64,000 bases of DNA from Malacoraja senta (lineage: Eukaryota). Within the stretch, counting starts at the first letter, position 1. The number at the start of each line of letters is the position of its first letter. Positions 63,184 to 64,000 of this stretch are shown here, one piece after another. Location of the stretch: assembly GCA_038087875.1 (NCBI GenBank), contig CM075996.1, positions 2,420,001 through 2,484,000 on the forward strand. The letters run 5' to 3'. Under the pieces are notes generated by a model. That model had not been told where the DNA came from and searched no databases. It saw nothing but the letters and a program-made list of their open reading frames with translations. A program made the position numbers and the translations under genes.

Positions 63184-64000
63184 CCATGTGGCATTGATAC
63201 TGAGGTACAGGTCCTCCCCAGTTACAGCCAGATCCCGTCCTGTGAACTATTCGTAACCCGGGCAGTTTCCAAGTGGGAAATGCTGCTGCAAATTGAGCTC
63301 CCGTGCGGCAGAAGACTTCTGCGACCAAACAACAGCTAACGAATCGATACCGTCGGCCTACCAAGCACTCAGACATCTGCGTAGCTGTCAACACGTCGGG
63401 GATTCATAAGCTGCTGAAGTCTTGCAGATGAATATAGATAGAGTTTATTACGCTGTGACTATAAGTTGCTGCAAAAAAGTAGAAATCACTGGATATTGCG
63501 CAATAGAGGCAAGATTGGAAATACGAGCTCCGATAATAACGAATGGAATAAAGGCAGGAGTGAAAAAGGATCTTAGCTTGGAAATAGAAGTAGGATCGGT
63601 TGAATGGAGCAGCAAGAACTCCAAATTGAGTTTGATACTGGGGTTTGGTTTGAAACAATGCCAATGTAAGGCACAGCATAAATTCTGAAAATTAGAGGTG
63701 AATGTAGTGAGGATAAAACAACATCAGGAGATTTAATTTACTCATACCAACCAAACCGTACAAACCAAATTAAATATAATATGAGGAGAATGGATTTGTC
63801 GAATGCATTAGATATGTTTTTTCTAGATCGGTAAACTCATCCTGAGAACAAACATTTTTCCTTTGAATGGGTTCTTTGTTAAGGAGTTTTAGGGAAAAGT
63901 GATGACAATATGGTAGAATTTCATAAACATTGAAACCAGAATCTCAAATGTAAACAGAATATAATGGTACAAAGAATTGCCAATGGTCAATTGGGAAATT

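Overview
Vertebrate genomic DNA. The repeat content (V-SINE/HE1-type SINEs, CR1/HER1-type LINEs, abundant Penelope-derived repeats) suggests a cartilaginous fish, possibly a skate or ray; this is inference. Left of a 200-N assembly gap (33777-33976) is a minus-strand MOB2-like gene with four coding exons at 16705-16748, 5424-5587, 1721-1814 and 119-243; its last exon lies outside the window. Right of the gap are the last four coding exons of HSPBP1 (+; 34344-34499, 37505-37601, 38282-38393, 41289-41363); I could not find its 5' exons. A CpG-island promoter and first exon (about 47060-47830, +) starts another gene whose CDS is not in the window (PPP6R1 by mammalian synteny, unproven). That promoter sits between a ~1.55 kb 20-bp satellite and a G-rich minisatellite that appears to derive from a CR1 LINE. 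The rest is intronic or intergenic and dense in retroelements and two MITEs; almost all ORFs in the track are spurious or TE-derived. The most notable signals are a hammerhead-ribozyme-like motif in many Penelope-derived copies, a divergent MOB2 that may be a paralog lost in mammals, a possible contig mis-orientation at the gap, and a MITE with an internal TIR-like palindrome. I see no wholly new multi-gene system that I can support.
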